This document shows positions 41,796 to 56,467 of a stretch of DNA of 63,979 bases, one piece after another. Origin of the DNA: Octopus sinensis (Eukaryota); assembly GCF_006345805.1 (NCBI RefSeq), contig NC_043001.1:76074001-76137979 (forward strand), read 5' to 3'. Every line of letters starts with the position of its first letter. The first letter of the stretch is position 1. Below the pieces are notes generated by a model, which was given only the letters and a program-made list of their open reading frames with translations, was not told where the DNA came from and did no database searches. A program made the translations under genes and the position numbers.

Positions 41796-42959
41796 CAAAC
41801 AGACAGACAGACAAAGACAGAGAGACATAGACTTGAGAGTGTATGTATGTGTATGCATATGCACATATATGGGAAGCAGGAAGAATGTCTGTCGTTTGTT
41901 AGTAGTGTTTTCTCGCTTTATAACCTGTTGCTTTCAGTCACATCTTAGCAGTTTGACCCTCATCAACATTAACGTCAACAACCACAACAACAGGAGCAGC
42001 ATCAGCAGGAGCCGCCGCAACAACTATAGCGAAACAATAACAAGAACAACAATAAGAACAATAACAACAACAGCAACAATAACAGTAACAACAACAGCAA
42101 CAATAACAGTAACAACAACAGCAACAATAACAGTAACAACAACAGCAAAAACAACAGCATAGCCATTATCGTCCTCATTATCACCGCTATCGTCACTACC
42201 ATTTTCGTCGTGGTTATCATAATCATCATCGTCATCTTCGAGGTTGTCAATAGAGGGCGCTTTAGAAACCTTCTAGCAATGACACAAAGTCAAAGCGGTT
42301 AAACATCACAAGAATGTTCGCGTCGGCCTAACAAATTTTACACCATTTTAACACAGCAATTAAACTGACAGACTTCACTTAAAAAACATGCCCGCCTGTC
42401 TCTTTCGGTTCTTAACTGATTTGATTTGCTATGCCATTCGACCAGTAAGCCTTTGAAATTTTTATTGTTGTTGTTGTTGCCGTTCGTTTTTGTTTGATTA
42501 TATTTTCCCTTTAATTGTATGCTTACTTATTGTGATGGCTGTATGGCTGTCTAGAGATGTCTGCAATGGACGGTTAGTAGCTTAAAGACACCAAACAGAA
42601 GACAAATAACGCAGGTAAAACAGGGAACTTATCTCGAGTAAAAGACCCTAACTAGATTTGTAGCAATATTAGACATTTAACTCAGACTCGCACTATAGAT
42701 TATGTTAGCCATTCAGGTAGTAATATGATGTATAAAATAGTACACGCACGCCACACACAGACACACACACATTCACATACATACATACATACATCCAAAC
42801 ATACATGCACACATACAAACATAAATGCATGCATACATGCATACACACATACACATAAATAAATACATATATATATATTCATGCATACGTACATACATAC
42901 ATACATACATACATACATACATACATACATACATACATACATACATACATACATACATG

Positions 42960-43500
42960 GTGGCTGCCCCTTCGTTATCGAGTATGGCCATTGCACGACG
43001 CTTAATCAATGTTGTTATCGTGCAATGCCTGTGCAAGAAGATTTTTTTTTAAAGTGAGGAAAGGCTGTGCACTGAGTCAATCCCACTCACTAAGCAACAG
43101 CAGCCATAATCCGAAAAGAAGAACAAGTCAACATCATCGGTAACCACTGAGCCGCAGGTTTTATGTCGGAGTTATCCCAGTTACCTGAGTTACCTCCTCC
43201 TAGAAGGATGCCCTAACAAAGGCTAGGAATCCTTCTCTCCCAATGGTTTAACCGCGCGATCGGGTATTCAGTCCGATTATTTCTATGATACAGCCTTAAG
43301 ACATTTATTGAATGGCCGTTGACTCTCAAGAGTTCCTCCGCCCTTTGACGGGTTTTGTTTTTCATCCCGCAGGGTGTCCAATAAACATCCTCCTCACCAA
43401 GCAAGCTTGGTGGGGTTGCCGGTTTAGTCGCCGACGACCCGACCATGAAACAGGTCGTACTGGGTTACATGTTACCAGTAGCACTCGAAAGTGACCTGAC
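42960..43500 (-). mobile_element. GC-rich non-coding repeat resembling an RTE-type 5' UTR
   Basis: Contains GGGCATCCTTCTAGGAGGAGGTAACTC...ATAAAACC, recalled as similar to RTE 5' UTR motifs (unverified). Flanked by (ATAC)n. Confidence 0.4.
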
Positions 43501-43529
43501 ATAACATATACATACATACATACATACAT

Positions 43530-43935
43530 AGGTTTCTTTATTGCCCACAGGGCGCTAAACATAGATGGCACAAACAAGGAAGGACAAAGGGATTAAGTCG
43601 ATTATACCGACCCCAGTGCACAACTGGTACTTATTTAATCGATTCCGAAAGGATGAAAGGTAAAGTCGACCTCGGCAGAATTTGAACTGGGAACGTAAAG
43701 ACAGATGAAATACCTATTTCTTTACTACCCACAAGGGGCTAAACACAGAGAGGACAGACAAACGGATTAAGTCGATTATATCGACCCCAGTGCGTAACTG
43801 GTACTTATTTAATTGTCCCCGAAAGGATGAAAGGCAAAGTCGACTTCGGCGGAATTTGAACTCACAACGTAGCGGCAGACGAAATACCGTTAAGCATTTC
43901 GCCCGCCGTGCTAACGTTTCTGCCAGCTCGCCGCC
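43530..43935 (-). mobile_element. tRNA-derived SINE, family B, two tandem copies (others near 2270-2477-, 6360-6570-, 6869-7095+, 15205-15330-, 26293-26480+, 59975-60175-, 62222-62376-)
   Basis: GGCGAGCTGGCAGAA...GAGTTCAAATTCCGCCG...CTTTCATCCTTTCGGGG consensus repeated many times. Confidence 0.85.
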
Positions 43936-45957
43936 CTACACTCCAACTATAAGAATACTCGATTAGGAGTCACCGGGAGCTAAACAGCAATAACAATAAC
44001 AACTTAAATAAAAGTAGTAACAACAGCCATAAAATACAAGAGACAGGTTTGTTCTGTCATCAACGAGATAGAGTACAGTAATGGCATTTTAACTATTTTT
44101 GCCTCCGGTTAGAAAAGCATTCATAAAGATAAACATGTGAGACTTACTGATTAATTCACAATAAATGCAGACAGGAAGACACGGCTGTCAGAGTGAACAA
44201 GGGTCTCTTCTCGTTGTTCACATGCTTGTTTTTTTTTATTTAGTCCCAGATAAATCTTGAATGAGGGTACCTATGATCAAAGGCATTCCAGTTATGACCA
44301 CTCCGTTTTTCTGTCAGCCATTGAGTATCCAGAACTATATTATATAATACATTCCTGTCTGTTCATGATGTTAGAATGTAATTCAAGGATGTGCGTGTAT
44401 GGCTACGTATTAGGAGCTTGCTTCTCAACCACGTGTTTCCAGGCTCAGTCCCACTGCGGGGCACCCTGGGAACTTATGGGACGAACGCTGGAACAAGCGG
44501 CGACAAGATATGCGACATGAAGAAAGCTCGAACGTCAATAGTGGAAAACGTAAAATATAAGATGAAAGGGAATTGTGTTAAAAGAACGAGCATTTATAAA
44601 GCAATGAAAAATTAGGACCTAAATACTGCCAATAAATTTTAATATATACACACACGCACAAGCTCATGCACAGACGCACACATACACACATACATACATA
44701 CATACATCATACATACATACATACATACATACATACATACATACATACATACATACATACATACGTATATTTGTGAAGGCGCATGGCTCAGTGGTTAGAG
44801 CATCGAGCTTAGAATGGTGAGGTTGTGAGTTCGAATCCTGGACCGGGCTGCGTGTTGTGTTCTTGAGCAAGACGCTTTATTTCACGTTGCTTCAGTTCAC
44901 TCAGCTGTAGAAATGAGTTGCGACGTCACAGGTTCCAAGCTGTATCGGCCTTTGCCTTTCACTTGGATAACACTGGTGGCGTGGAAGAGGGGAGGCCGGT
45001 ATGCTCGGACTTGTGTCTGGGAGGGTAACTTTCTAGGTGCAATCCCATGGTTAGCCATGACCGAAGGGGGTCTCAGCTCAGCATATATATATTTATATAT
45101 ACATGCTTTTTTAATACAATTAGTATTCGTTGCTAAACACACTATCATCGTAAATACTGTTATCCATTCTACGGTTACGTGTAGTGAAAATTGAGCCCAT
45201 CTCATTCACATTATTGTCACCCTTTTGAAACAGACTGAACGCGAGAAATGTAATCTTAGTATGACTTGGGTTACGTAATGAAAATGCATACACAAATGTG
45301 CCTCATCGACTTTGTTCCACAATAACTTCCAGAAAAATGTAAATTTTTAATGAAATTTTCTACAGTTATGCTTCTGATGGTATAAAATCCGATTGTATCG
45401 GAATTTATTGTTAAAAATATTTTTCGAAGTATGAGGAGAGGGGTTCCAAAAAGTTCACACGAGTCGGTTTTCTTTCCTTATAACTTTCGGAGAAATGGGT
45501 ATTTCTAAATGAAATGTTTTACAAAAACCTTTCAGAGTGTTTAAATTACGATTATATTGGAATTTAAGGTGAAATGGTGAGAACGCACACAAATACTGAC
45601 ACACGTCACATTTTTTTCCGAAATTTCAAGTTTTATTTTATAGATATGTATGATGTATGTATGTGTGCAAGCCCACCAATCATTTTATAAATTAAATTCC
45701 GATATAATTGTAAGGTAAGCACTCCGAAAGATATTTGTAGAAAATTTCATCAAAAACTATCCATCTTCCTAAAAGTTATGAGGAAACAAAGTGTCTTGTG
45801 TGAATTACCCTTCACTACATAAAAATAAAATAAAACTATTTACATCTATGTACATATTCCTTGACTATAAACTTTTCCAAATAATGCTTCCTACCATATT
45901 AGCCATGCCTCATTTATCTAACCTTTTCTACGCACAATGTTACCATTTCCTCACATG

Positions 45958-46150
45958 TACGAGTGGGTGTTGAAAAGTTCCTGGCTTTAGGTAAAAGAAA
46001 ATACAGGAGGATCAGCTAATTATGATTTTATTCAACATATTGCCCTCTCAGACTCACTCACTTATTGCAGTGGTCCTCCGATTTTTCCAAGTCCTGTACA
46101 AGAACTCGGAAGGTTGGGCCACCAACCAGGCCTTTCGCGATACCTTTAAA
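45958..46150. mobile_element. Mariner terminal fragment
   Basis: TACGAG..TGTTGAAAAGTTCC, a TIR-like start resembling the other mariner ends in the window. Confidence 0.45.
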
Positions 46151-46787
46151 GCCAGTAACTTTACGCCCCCCCCTCGTAAAAATAAAAAAAAAAACCTATG
46201 TTCCTTTTTCCTCCAATGACTCCATTTTTCTTACAACTGTGAATTAACCTCTTCATAATATTTATTTATTTATTTTTCTGACTTACTTTACTTTCTGTCA
46301 CTTCCTCTACTTCCTTAGACCCGACGATCTCTCTTCCTTTTTCATTTGCCCCTTTACAATAACCTTTCACTGCTCTACTAATATCTATTGTTTCAATTTC
46401 ATGCAATAGCCTCTTTTTTTCTGTGTATTTCAAGATCAACTAGTTTGGTGTTATTTTGCTCTTCTGATCCCCACTTTCTTGACACATTTCTGTACTCCAC
46501 AGCTTGTTGAGAAGCCTTCTGGTAGACAAATAATATTTCCCACTCAGCATGTTGATCTCCGTCCACACACGCACACATATAAACCTTGTTTCCATAACTT
46601 TATGCGTTCTCTGATGTATTCGAATACAAACAAAACAGGATTAGTATTGTAAGTTCCATGAACAATAGTGTTCAAAGAACAATAGTGACTTAGGGGTTGG
46701 TCCACACTCCTCAAAACCCTAGAACTCTCGAACGAGGGTTCCTCTACTTGATGCAGTTTAATGTCATATTCTGGACAGGAAGCTAAA

Positions 46788-47007
46788 CCCTTTAGCATTC
46801 AGCTTATTCTGTCGAATGTAATGTTTATTTCTTCTCATTCATTTGAATTAACCATGCATTATCTCTTAGCTTTGAGATATCAATGATCAGATTGTTTATT
46901 TTTAGAATGATATTATATGGCAGGTATGAGAGGCCAGATTTAGCTGGTTTGCGCATAAAACAAGTATAATATTTTGGCCTGATATGGCCAGTTTCAATGC
47001 TAAAGAG
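46788..47007. mobile_element. piggyBac-like MITE
   Basis: CCCTTTAGCATT ... AATGCTAAAGAG terminal inverted repeat, flanked by degenerate TTAA (TAAA/TCAA). Confidence 0.5.
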
Positions 47008-47709
47008 TCAAATAGTATCAGGTGCTAATATAATAAATAAGATGAACTGGCATAGTCATTAGTCTAGAATGTCTCGCTGTATTTGTTCAACTTTGTGTTG
47101 TGAGCTCAAATCTCTCCGAGGTCGACTTTTCCGTTCATCCTTTGGAGTTTGGTTTTTTTTTTTTAATGATTCAATCCAACGCGGAGAATTAGCGAAAGGA
47201 TTAAAATGTCGTATGGCTCAAGACGCTGACAGCAATGTCCACGACGATACTAGTGCCACGCTGGATTCTTCCTTTCCTTGCCTTTCCCCTTAGATCACAT
47301 CGGCGACTAAGGAGAATCTTTTATGCATGAACGACTGTTAACATCCATTATATCAATGTGGCAACCAACTTCAATTGGCTCATAAGCCCGTGGGTCTCAA
47401 CTTCTGCACATTGCATCTCAACGAACGTCTGGTATCTACACAAACTTTCCGTCTCCCTCATGTTCTGCTCAATCTGGTCTAACTTATAATTTAGTGGAAT
47501 CTGAGATGGCGACGATGTCTGGGTGGAGTTTCGCTGGTAGGATGTGAACCTTACTTTGTATTGATAATAACAAATTCTGTTTAAATTCCATTGCCATTAC
47601 ATGATAATTACTTTGTATAATATATACCTTGTAGTGTGTCTAGAAACAGAAGTACGAACATGAACTCTCAGATAAATGCAGTCAATAAGAAACAGTATTA
47701 ATAAAACGT

Positions 47710-47995
47710 GGAGGCGCAATGGCCAAGTGGTTAGGGCAGCGGATTCGCGGTCGTAGGATCGCGGTTTCGATTCCCAGACCGGGCGTTGTGAGTGTTTATT
47801 GAGCGAAAACATCTAAAAGTTCCACGAGGCTCCGGCAGGGGGTGGTGATCCCTGCTGTACTCTTTCACCACTCTTTCTTCTGTTGGCCTGCTCGCTTAGC
47901 CAGCGTCATTCAAAGGCTAAAACAACGCGAACGTATTGTGACCAGTGATGTTTAACAACATATGATGGTCTGGTCGGTCACGTGATCACGTGATT
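47710..47995 (+). mobile_element. tRNA-derived SINE, family C (others near 56951-57140+, 31970-32160-, 13260-13378-)
   Basis: GGCGCAATGGCCAAGTGGTTAGGGCAG...GGTTTCGATTCCC head and CACGTGATCACGTGAT tail. Confidence 0.8.
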
Positions 47996-48089
47996 AATAA
48001 AACATGTAATTTGCTGTATCAATAGAAATTAATGAAAATATAATGTAATGAAAATATAATGTAATAAAAATAAAATAATGATAAATGCA

Positions 48090-48328
48090 CCCTTTTAAAG
48101 CCTAGCCAGGCTCATGGGCCCGGTTTGCCGGTTTCAGTGGCGTATGTGCTCCCCAGCTGGACGGGACGCCAGTCCATCGGAACGTTAAACATTTTTGCCA
48201 GCTGAGTGGACTGGAGCAACGGTAAATGAAGTGCTTTGCACAACACAACACGTCACCCGGTTCAGGAATCGAAACCACAATCTTACGACCATGATGCTGA
48301 CACCCTAACCACTAAGCCACGCGCCTCC
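48090..48328 (-). mobile_element. tRNA-derived SINE, family D (others near 25852-26095+, 25505-25630+, 44776-45075+, 23220-23440-)
   Basis: GGAGGCGCGTGGCTTAGTGGTTAGGGTG...GGTTTCGATTCC head in multiple copies. Confidence 0.75.
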
Positions 48329-48529
48329 ACAATGAAAATATAGTGTGGTTTAAATAAAATGTTGTGAAAATATAATGTAGTGTAAATAAAATGTTGATAA
48401 ACTGTGATGTCAATGGATGGAAACATTAATCGAATGGCTTGATCGACATAAAAATGTAACGCAAACAAAATGTAGCGTTAATAAAATGTGAAAACAATAT
48501 AATGTTGTGTAAGTTCAAAATAGTGTGAA

Positions 48530-48843
48530 CAGAATAAATGAATGAGCGAATAAATAAAGAAATGGGTGAACGAACGAAGGAATAAACGAACAAATGAATG
48601 AACGAATGAACGAACGAGTGAAGGAATAAACACACAAGTGAATGGGCGAACAAATGAATTTATGAATGGACGAACAAATGAGCGAATGTTTGAATAAATG
48701 TACGAAGGAATAAACGAATGAATGAATTAGCGAATGAATGATCAAATGATTAAGTGAACGAATAAGTGAATGAAAGAATGCATTAACGAACGAAGGAATG
48801 AATGAGCGAAAGAATAAATGAATGAATAAACGAATGAATGAAT

Positions 48844-48845
<2 letters not shown>
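48530..48845. repeat. Degenerate (GAAT/GAAC)n tetranucleotide repeat
   Basis: Seen directly. Confidence 0.85.
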
Positions 48846-48888
<43 letters not shown>

Positions 48889-49153
48889 CGTGAGTATGTC
48901 TGTGTGAGTTTGTGTTTGTCTCCCAACGAAGACGGCAGTGTTGGCTTCTTTACTTCCTCGTAACTTAGCGGTACGTTAAAAATATCCGATAGAATAAGAA
49001 CCGAACTTAAAGGGAAAAGTAAGTTCTGGGATCGATTTATTCGACTAAACGCCCTGAAATGGCGCTCCAGCATGGCCTCAACCAGTAACTTGGAACAAGT
49101 AAAAGATACATACATATATACATACATACATACATACATGCATTCCTACATAC

Positions 49154-49184
<31 letters not shown>

Positions 49185-49257
49185 CATACATACGTATATA
49201 CGTACGTACGTAAATACATACATGCATATATGCATCCAGGCATACATACATCTTAAA

Positions 49258-49755
49258 TTCGTTGATGGCGACTGGAGATGGAGGCTGTCCTCTCAACCAA
49301 TACGCTGCGATGGCTGCGCTAGATGATGGACTCTGGTGATGATATTATTCCAAGCTTTCCGACCTATGGCTCTGGCCTTAGCATACTCGAGATCGAGGCT
49401 CTGCGACTTTAGGTCTTCAATTTTTTTCGCCCATATCATCAGTGGTGCGCTACGCTGCATTCTCCAGTGAGTGGGTCGGCCGAACCTAGCCTGTGCTGCT
49501 TGACTTGACGTTCAATGGTCGGCTGTTACTGTTATTGTTCTCTGATGTTACCGTTTGAGATTCGGCCGCTTAGAAAGACACCAAGGATCCGACGAAGACA
49601 CTGCATTTGAAATAACTCGAGCTTATTCAGGTCTCTCTTGAGGATGGACCATGTCTCAACGTTGTACAGGTGGAGTGGCAGAACCAGCTCGCGGAGAAGA
49701 CGGATCTTGGTCCTTAGGAAGATGTTGGGCTTCTTCCAGACACAACATCGAAGGG
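49258..49755 (-). mobile_element. RTE-clade LINE 3' fragment
   Basis: KIRLLRELVLP..LYNVETWSI...LELFQMQCLRRILGV on the minus strand. Confidence 0.75.
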
Positions 49756-50396
49756 ATACATATTACATGCATACATACATACAAGGCGTAGGAGTGGGTG
49801 TGTAGTAAGTAGCTTGCTTACCAGCGACATATTTCCGGGTTCAGTCCCACTGCATAGCACTTTGGGCAAGTGTCTTCTACTATAGCCTCGGTCCGACCAA
49901 AGCCTTGTCAGTGGATTTGGTAGACGGAAACTGAAAGAAGCCCATCGTATATATGTATATATGTGTATGTGTGTGTATATGTTTGTGTGTCTGTGTTTGT
50001 CTCCCCAACGTCGCTTGACAAATGATGCTGGTGTCTTTACGTCCACGTAACTTAGCGGTTCGGTAAAAGAGACCGGTACAATAAGTTCTAGGCTTACATA
50101 GAATAAGTCTTGGGGTCGAATTGTTCGACTAAAGGCAGTGCTCCAACATGGCCGCAGTCAAATGACTGAGACAAGTAAAAGAGAGAGAAAAAGAGAATAT
50201 CTAAATCACATTCATATCAAGAACATATTAGAATTGTTATTAATTCATCATAAATCACTTTTCGTTAACCAAACAACTAAATTAGCATTTTTCTTTATTA
50301 TCCATGTTACCTGGGGTCGAATTGATCGACTAAAAGCTGCGCTCCAGCATGGCCGCAGTCAAATGACTGAAACGAATAAAAAAATAACAGAAAAGA

Positions 50397-50427
<31 letters not shown>

Positions 50428-50475
50428 CATACACACATACATACATACATACAACATACATACATACATACATAA

Positions 50476-50509
<34 letters not shown>

Positions 50510-51606
50510 CATACATACATATACTGACACAAGTAAAATATGAAAGATAGGAGATATATATACATCATTATAGAATCATTTTTGCTAATTAAAAGGACAC
50601 ATGGATGGTTATATCAACGTTTATAATTATATTTTCAGTAACATATTTTAAATATCAAAGCCTTTTGTCGGCCGTTTGCGACTTGATCAATTATATTTCA
50701 TTGTATTATATGTTTCGCTAAATATTTATCTGGAAACGTGAATATACAGTAATTTAATATTTAATGAAAAAGTTATCTTTACGTTCGTAGGAGAACTTTG
50801 ATAGCATATTGTAGTTGTTTATTATCTGTGCTATCTTCACCTGGAATCATTTTGTTGCGATGTCTAAAGCTCTTAAGAATTGCCAAACATCTGCAGTGTC
50901 TGTATTAGTTTATTAGTCTGACTTTTACGACTTATTCCGTTTAATGTTGTCAGTATTTGTTGACTTTTATAGAAATGAAGATGACATTGAAGGGAATTCT
51001 AATTTTGGTAAATGTCTGATTTGTCTGGTAATGAACTCTCAGCTGTGGAAAGTCACAAGAAAGTCTCTATTTCTTGTAACTGTGAACTATATTTCTATGT
51101 CATTGAAACAGTTTTGGAGACATTAAGTCTGGCTCCGACTTTCATGTACGCCAAGTTGCGCTCTTAACAACGATTATTTTGTTGTTGTTGGTGTTTTCTT
51201 CTTGACTTATTTAAAAAGACAAAAAATAAAAATACGAACCCAATTCATTTTATTTGACCAAGGAATCCTTTAAAAGATGTAGGATTAGCTTACTTCCAAA
51301 ATAGCCGAATAGAAATTATTGGTCTATTATTTCTAACAAGAAGAAGATGTGAAATAATATCAATGTCATCACTAACCTGGTTAGAATACGGTAGCTATAA
51401 TATGGGGGGGGGGCGTGTCCGCGCTCGTGTGTGTGCGTCTGTGTGTGTATGTATGTATGCATATGTGTGTGTGTGTATATGTATGTAGTTAAAAACGTAG
51501 TTAAAAACTTTTTATTTCTATGGACTCTTAACCCCTTTTCAACTATACACACATACATTATGTATATATATATATGTGTGTGTGTGTGTATTACAGAGAG
51601 AAGAGC

Positions 51607-51692
<86 letters not shown>

Positions 51693-51968
51693 TGTATGTA
51701 TCTCTCCCACTCTCACTGTGTGTGTGAGTGTGTGTGTGTGTTTTTATATACCTACCTTTTTTTTACCTTTTATTTGTTTCAGTCATTGGACTGTGATTAT
51801 GCTGAGACACTACCCTGGAGTTTTTCTTTTTTTATTCAAATAAATCGACCCCAGTACTTATTTATATGTCTGATATTCTAGCAGACACGTCTTCCGAACT
51901 GCTAAGTTACGGGGGCGTAAATACAAAGACACACTCTACACATACATACATACATACATACAAGCACG

Positions 51969-52007
<39 letters not shown>

Positions 52008-52053
52008 TATACATATGTGTAAATGTAATATGTGACAATTATTCGATAGCCAT

Positions 52054-52113
52054 GATAAACTCCGAGTTTCGGATGCAGAGGTGGAAATCCACGCCACCAT
52101 CTCTTCAGTTATC
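52054..52113 (-). ncRNA. Hammerhead-like motif inside an 85-bp inverted repeat (partial + copy at 52141-52195)
   Basis: Minus strand reads GATAA-CTGAAGA-GATG...CATCC-GAAA-CTCGGAG-T-TTATC. The + copy has CTCGGAG-TT-TTATC. Confidence 0.55.
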
Positions 52114-52329
52114 CAACCATCGGAAAAATACTATGAAAAATGAAGAGATGGCAGCGTGGATTTCCACCTCGGCATCCGAAACTCGGAGTTTTATCATGGC
52201 TACCGAATAATTGTCACATATTACAGTTACAGATAAATTCCTCTATTTACATAATATCGAGATCTCTTCATTCTTTCGTTATCTTACCATTTTTATCAAT
52301 ATATATATATATATATATATAATATATAT

Positions 52330-52381
<52 letters not shown>

Positions 52382-52554
52382 GGTGGGCTTCCATTCAAAT
52401 TCTGTCAACCAAGTTCATTCACAAGGCATTAATCGACCCGGCTATAGTAAGAAGACAGTTACCGAAGGTGTCGCAGAATGAGGCTGAACCCGAAATCACG
52501 TAGTTATAAAGTTACCTTTTTTACCACACTGTATCTGCAACTATATATATACAT

Positions 52555-52585
<31 letters not shown>

Positions 52586-52899
52586 CATACATATACATAT
52601 ATATATATGTATACATGCAAACATACAAAATACGTAAGTGCGTATGTATATATATATTCATATATATAAGTATGTATGTATATATATATGTATATATATA
52701 TTTATATATATATATATATGTATACATGTATACACACATATCACATACGTATGTATGTACGTACGTGTGTATACATGCACACACATATATACATATATGC
52801 ATATATATATATACATATATATATACATATACGTATACATATATATATATGTGTGTACGTATATATGTATATATATATATATGTATGTATATATACATA

Positions 52900-54689
<1,790 letters not shown>

Positions 54690-55159
54690 GACAGTGTAAA
54701 TGAAATGTGGAAGTAGTAGCTACTTTGTGTAATTTCATCCCCCACAAGATAGTTGCGTTAATTTTGTATATCTCTGAAACCCATAACATTTCTTATAACT
54801 TCCTTGTAAGGGTCAAACTGCGATAGGGACCAGATTGGGTCAAATAGTTTATGGTGATAATGAATGCCTGTACATTGTTGAAAGTTGTTTTACTCACAAA
54901 CATTGTTCCACTCCCCTTCGGTACTACATCTCGTCTGGGAACGCTTAGGTTTATTATTAACAGGACAGATATTTAAAACGTTTTGGGCTTGGTTTTTTAT
55001 TATTATTTTTCTCTTCAAATGTAATACACATAAAAGCAATTAATAATCCCTTTTCTGGTGAGTGCTTTCTTGTGTTCCCTTGATAGGTTTTCCTTCACAG
55101 CCCTAAAAGGAATATCCTGTAAATTTAAAAGTGTGATGATTGAGAAGTAGAAAAGCAGT

Positions 55160-55700
55160 TCGGCTATAAAGAGAGGGGAGAGTGTCCGAGTGAGAGAGGA
55201 GAGAGCGCGTAAGAGAGTGGGAGGAAGAGAGTGTACGAGAGAGAGAAAGAGAAAAGAAAGAAAGAAAGAAAGAAGAAAGAAAGAAAGAATATATGAGTGA
55301 CTGAAAGGGAGAAAGGGAAGGGAGTGAATGCATGTACGAGAGAGAGAGGGGGAGGGGAGAGAGAAAGTTACGAGGGAAAGTGTATGAAAGAGAGATAGAG
55401 GGGGAGAGTGTACAAGAGAGAGGTTGAAAGTGTGTGAGAGGTTGAAAGTGTGTGAGAGGGAAGAAGAAGGGGAGGAGGAGAGTATAAGAGTAAGAGTACG
55501 AGGGAGAGAGAGTAACGAGATAGGAGAGAGAGCATCCGAGTGAGAGAAGGGAGAGAGTGTTAGACAGAGAGAGAATGAATATACGAGAGAGAGAGAAGAA
55601 AGAGAATCAGTGTACAAGAGAGAGAAAAGAGAAGAAAAAGAACGAATGTACGAGAGATTGAAATGGTAAGAGAGAGGGAAGTAGGAGAAAGAGACAGACA
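55160..55700. repeat. GA-rich polypurine low-complexity tract
   Basis: Seen directly; recurring TGTACGAGAGAG unit. Confidence 0.85.
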
Positions 55701-56151
55701 GAAGTCGGCTTTCGTTTTACGTACTAAGGCGTTTACAGTGAAACAAATTTAAAAGTACACTAAAAAATGGGCAGAGACACTGATAAAGCAAGCACCTGCA
55801 TAGACATATCAACATTGAATTGTTGCCAATTGAAAAGGGTTACTCTTGTAATAATACACTATCAACAAAATTTTAAAAAAACGAAAAGCAAATAAAAAAA
55901 ACAATAAAAACACGAAAATAAAAGCATGAAAATGTTGCAATCAAAAAATTGTAGCATGCACTTATAAGCGAACTTAGACAATTATTTACAAGTATATAAG
56001 ATTAAAATCATTTCTTTCTCAGGCGACCGATTATTCTTTTTCACTAATTTTAGAGCTGACACATTTACTACCGTTGTATAGCTGTTATGGCAGCACTTGT
56101 CTTTAATATATTTTGTGTTATTATTGAATATCTTAAGTCTCCTGCAATATG

Positions 56152-56182
<31 letters not shown>

Positions 56183-56203
56183 CTATATATATATATATAT
56201 ATA

Positions 56204-56252
<49 letters not shown>

Positions 56253-56390
56253 CTAAGAACATAGAACAGCCTATGAACTTCTTAATTAGATACAAAAAAT
56301 CAGTAAGTTTACAAAAAAGAAGAAAGAAAAAACTATATTTCTGTCAGATTTAACGGTCTCAAAATAAAATATAGTTTATGACATCACAGC

Positions 56391-56467
<77 letters not shown>

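Noticed and set aside
42378-42450. Possible short coding exon ATG...CCA|GTAAGC
   Set aside because: Only 19 codons with no recognisable motif, so it is compatible with chance.
46210-47560. Possible additional LINE fragments at about 46210-46540 and 47280-47560
   Set aside because: Too decayed to read diagnostic motifs with confidence.
47710-47785. tRNA gene
   Set aside because: It is the tRNA-like head of a multi-copy SINE that continues into a SINE body; I saw no proper cloverleaf or terminator.
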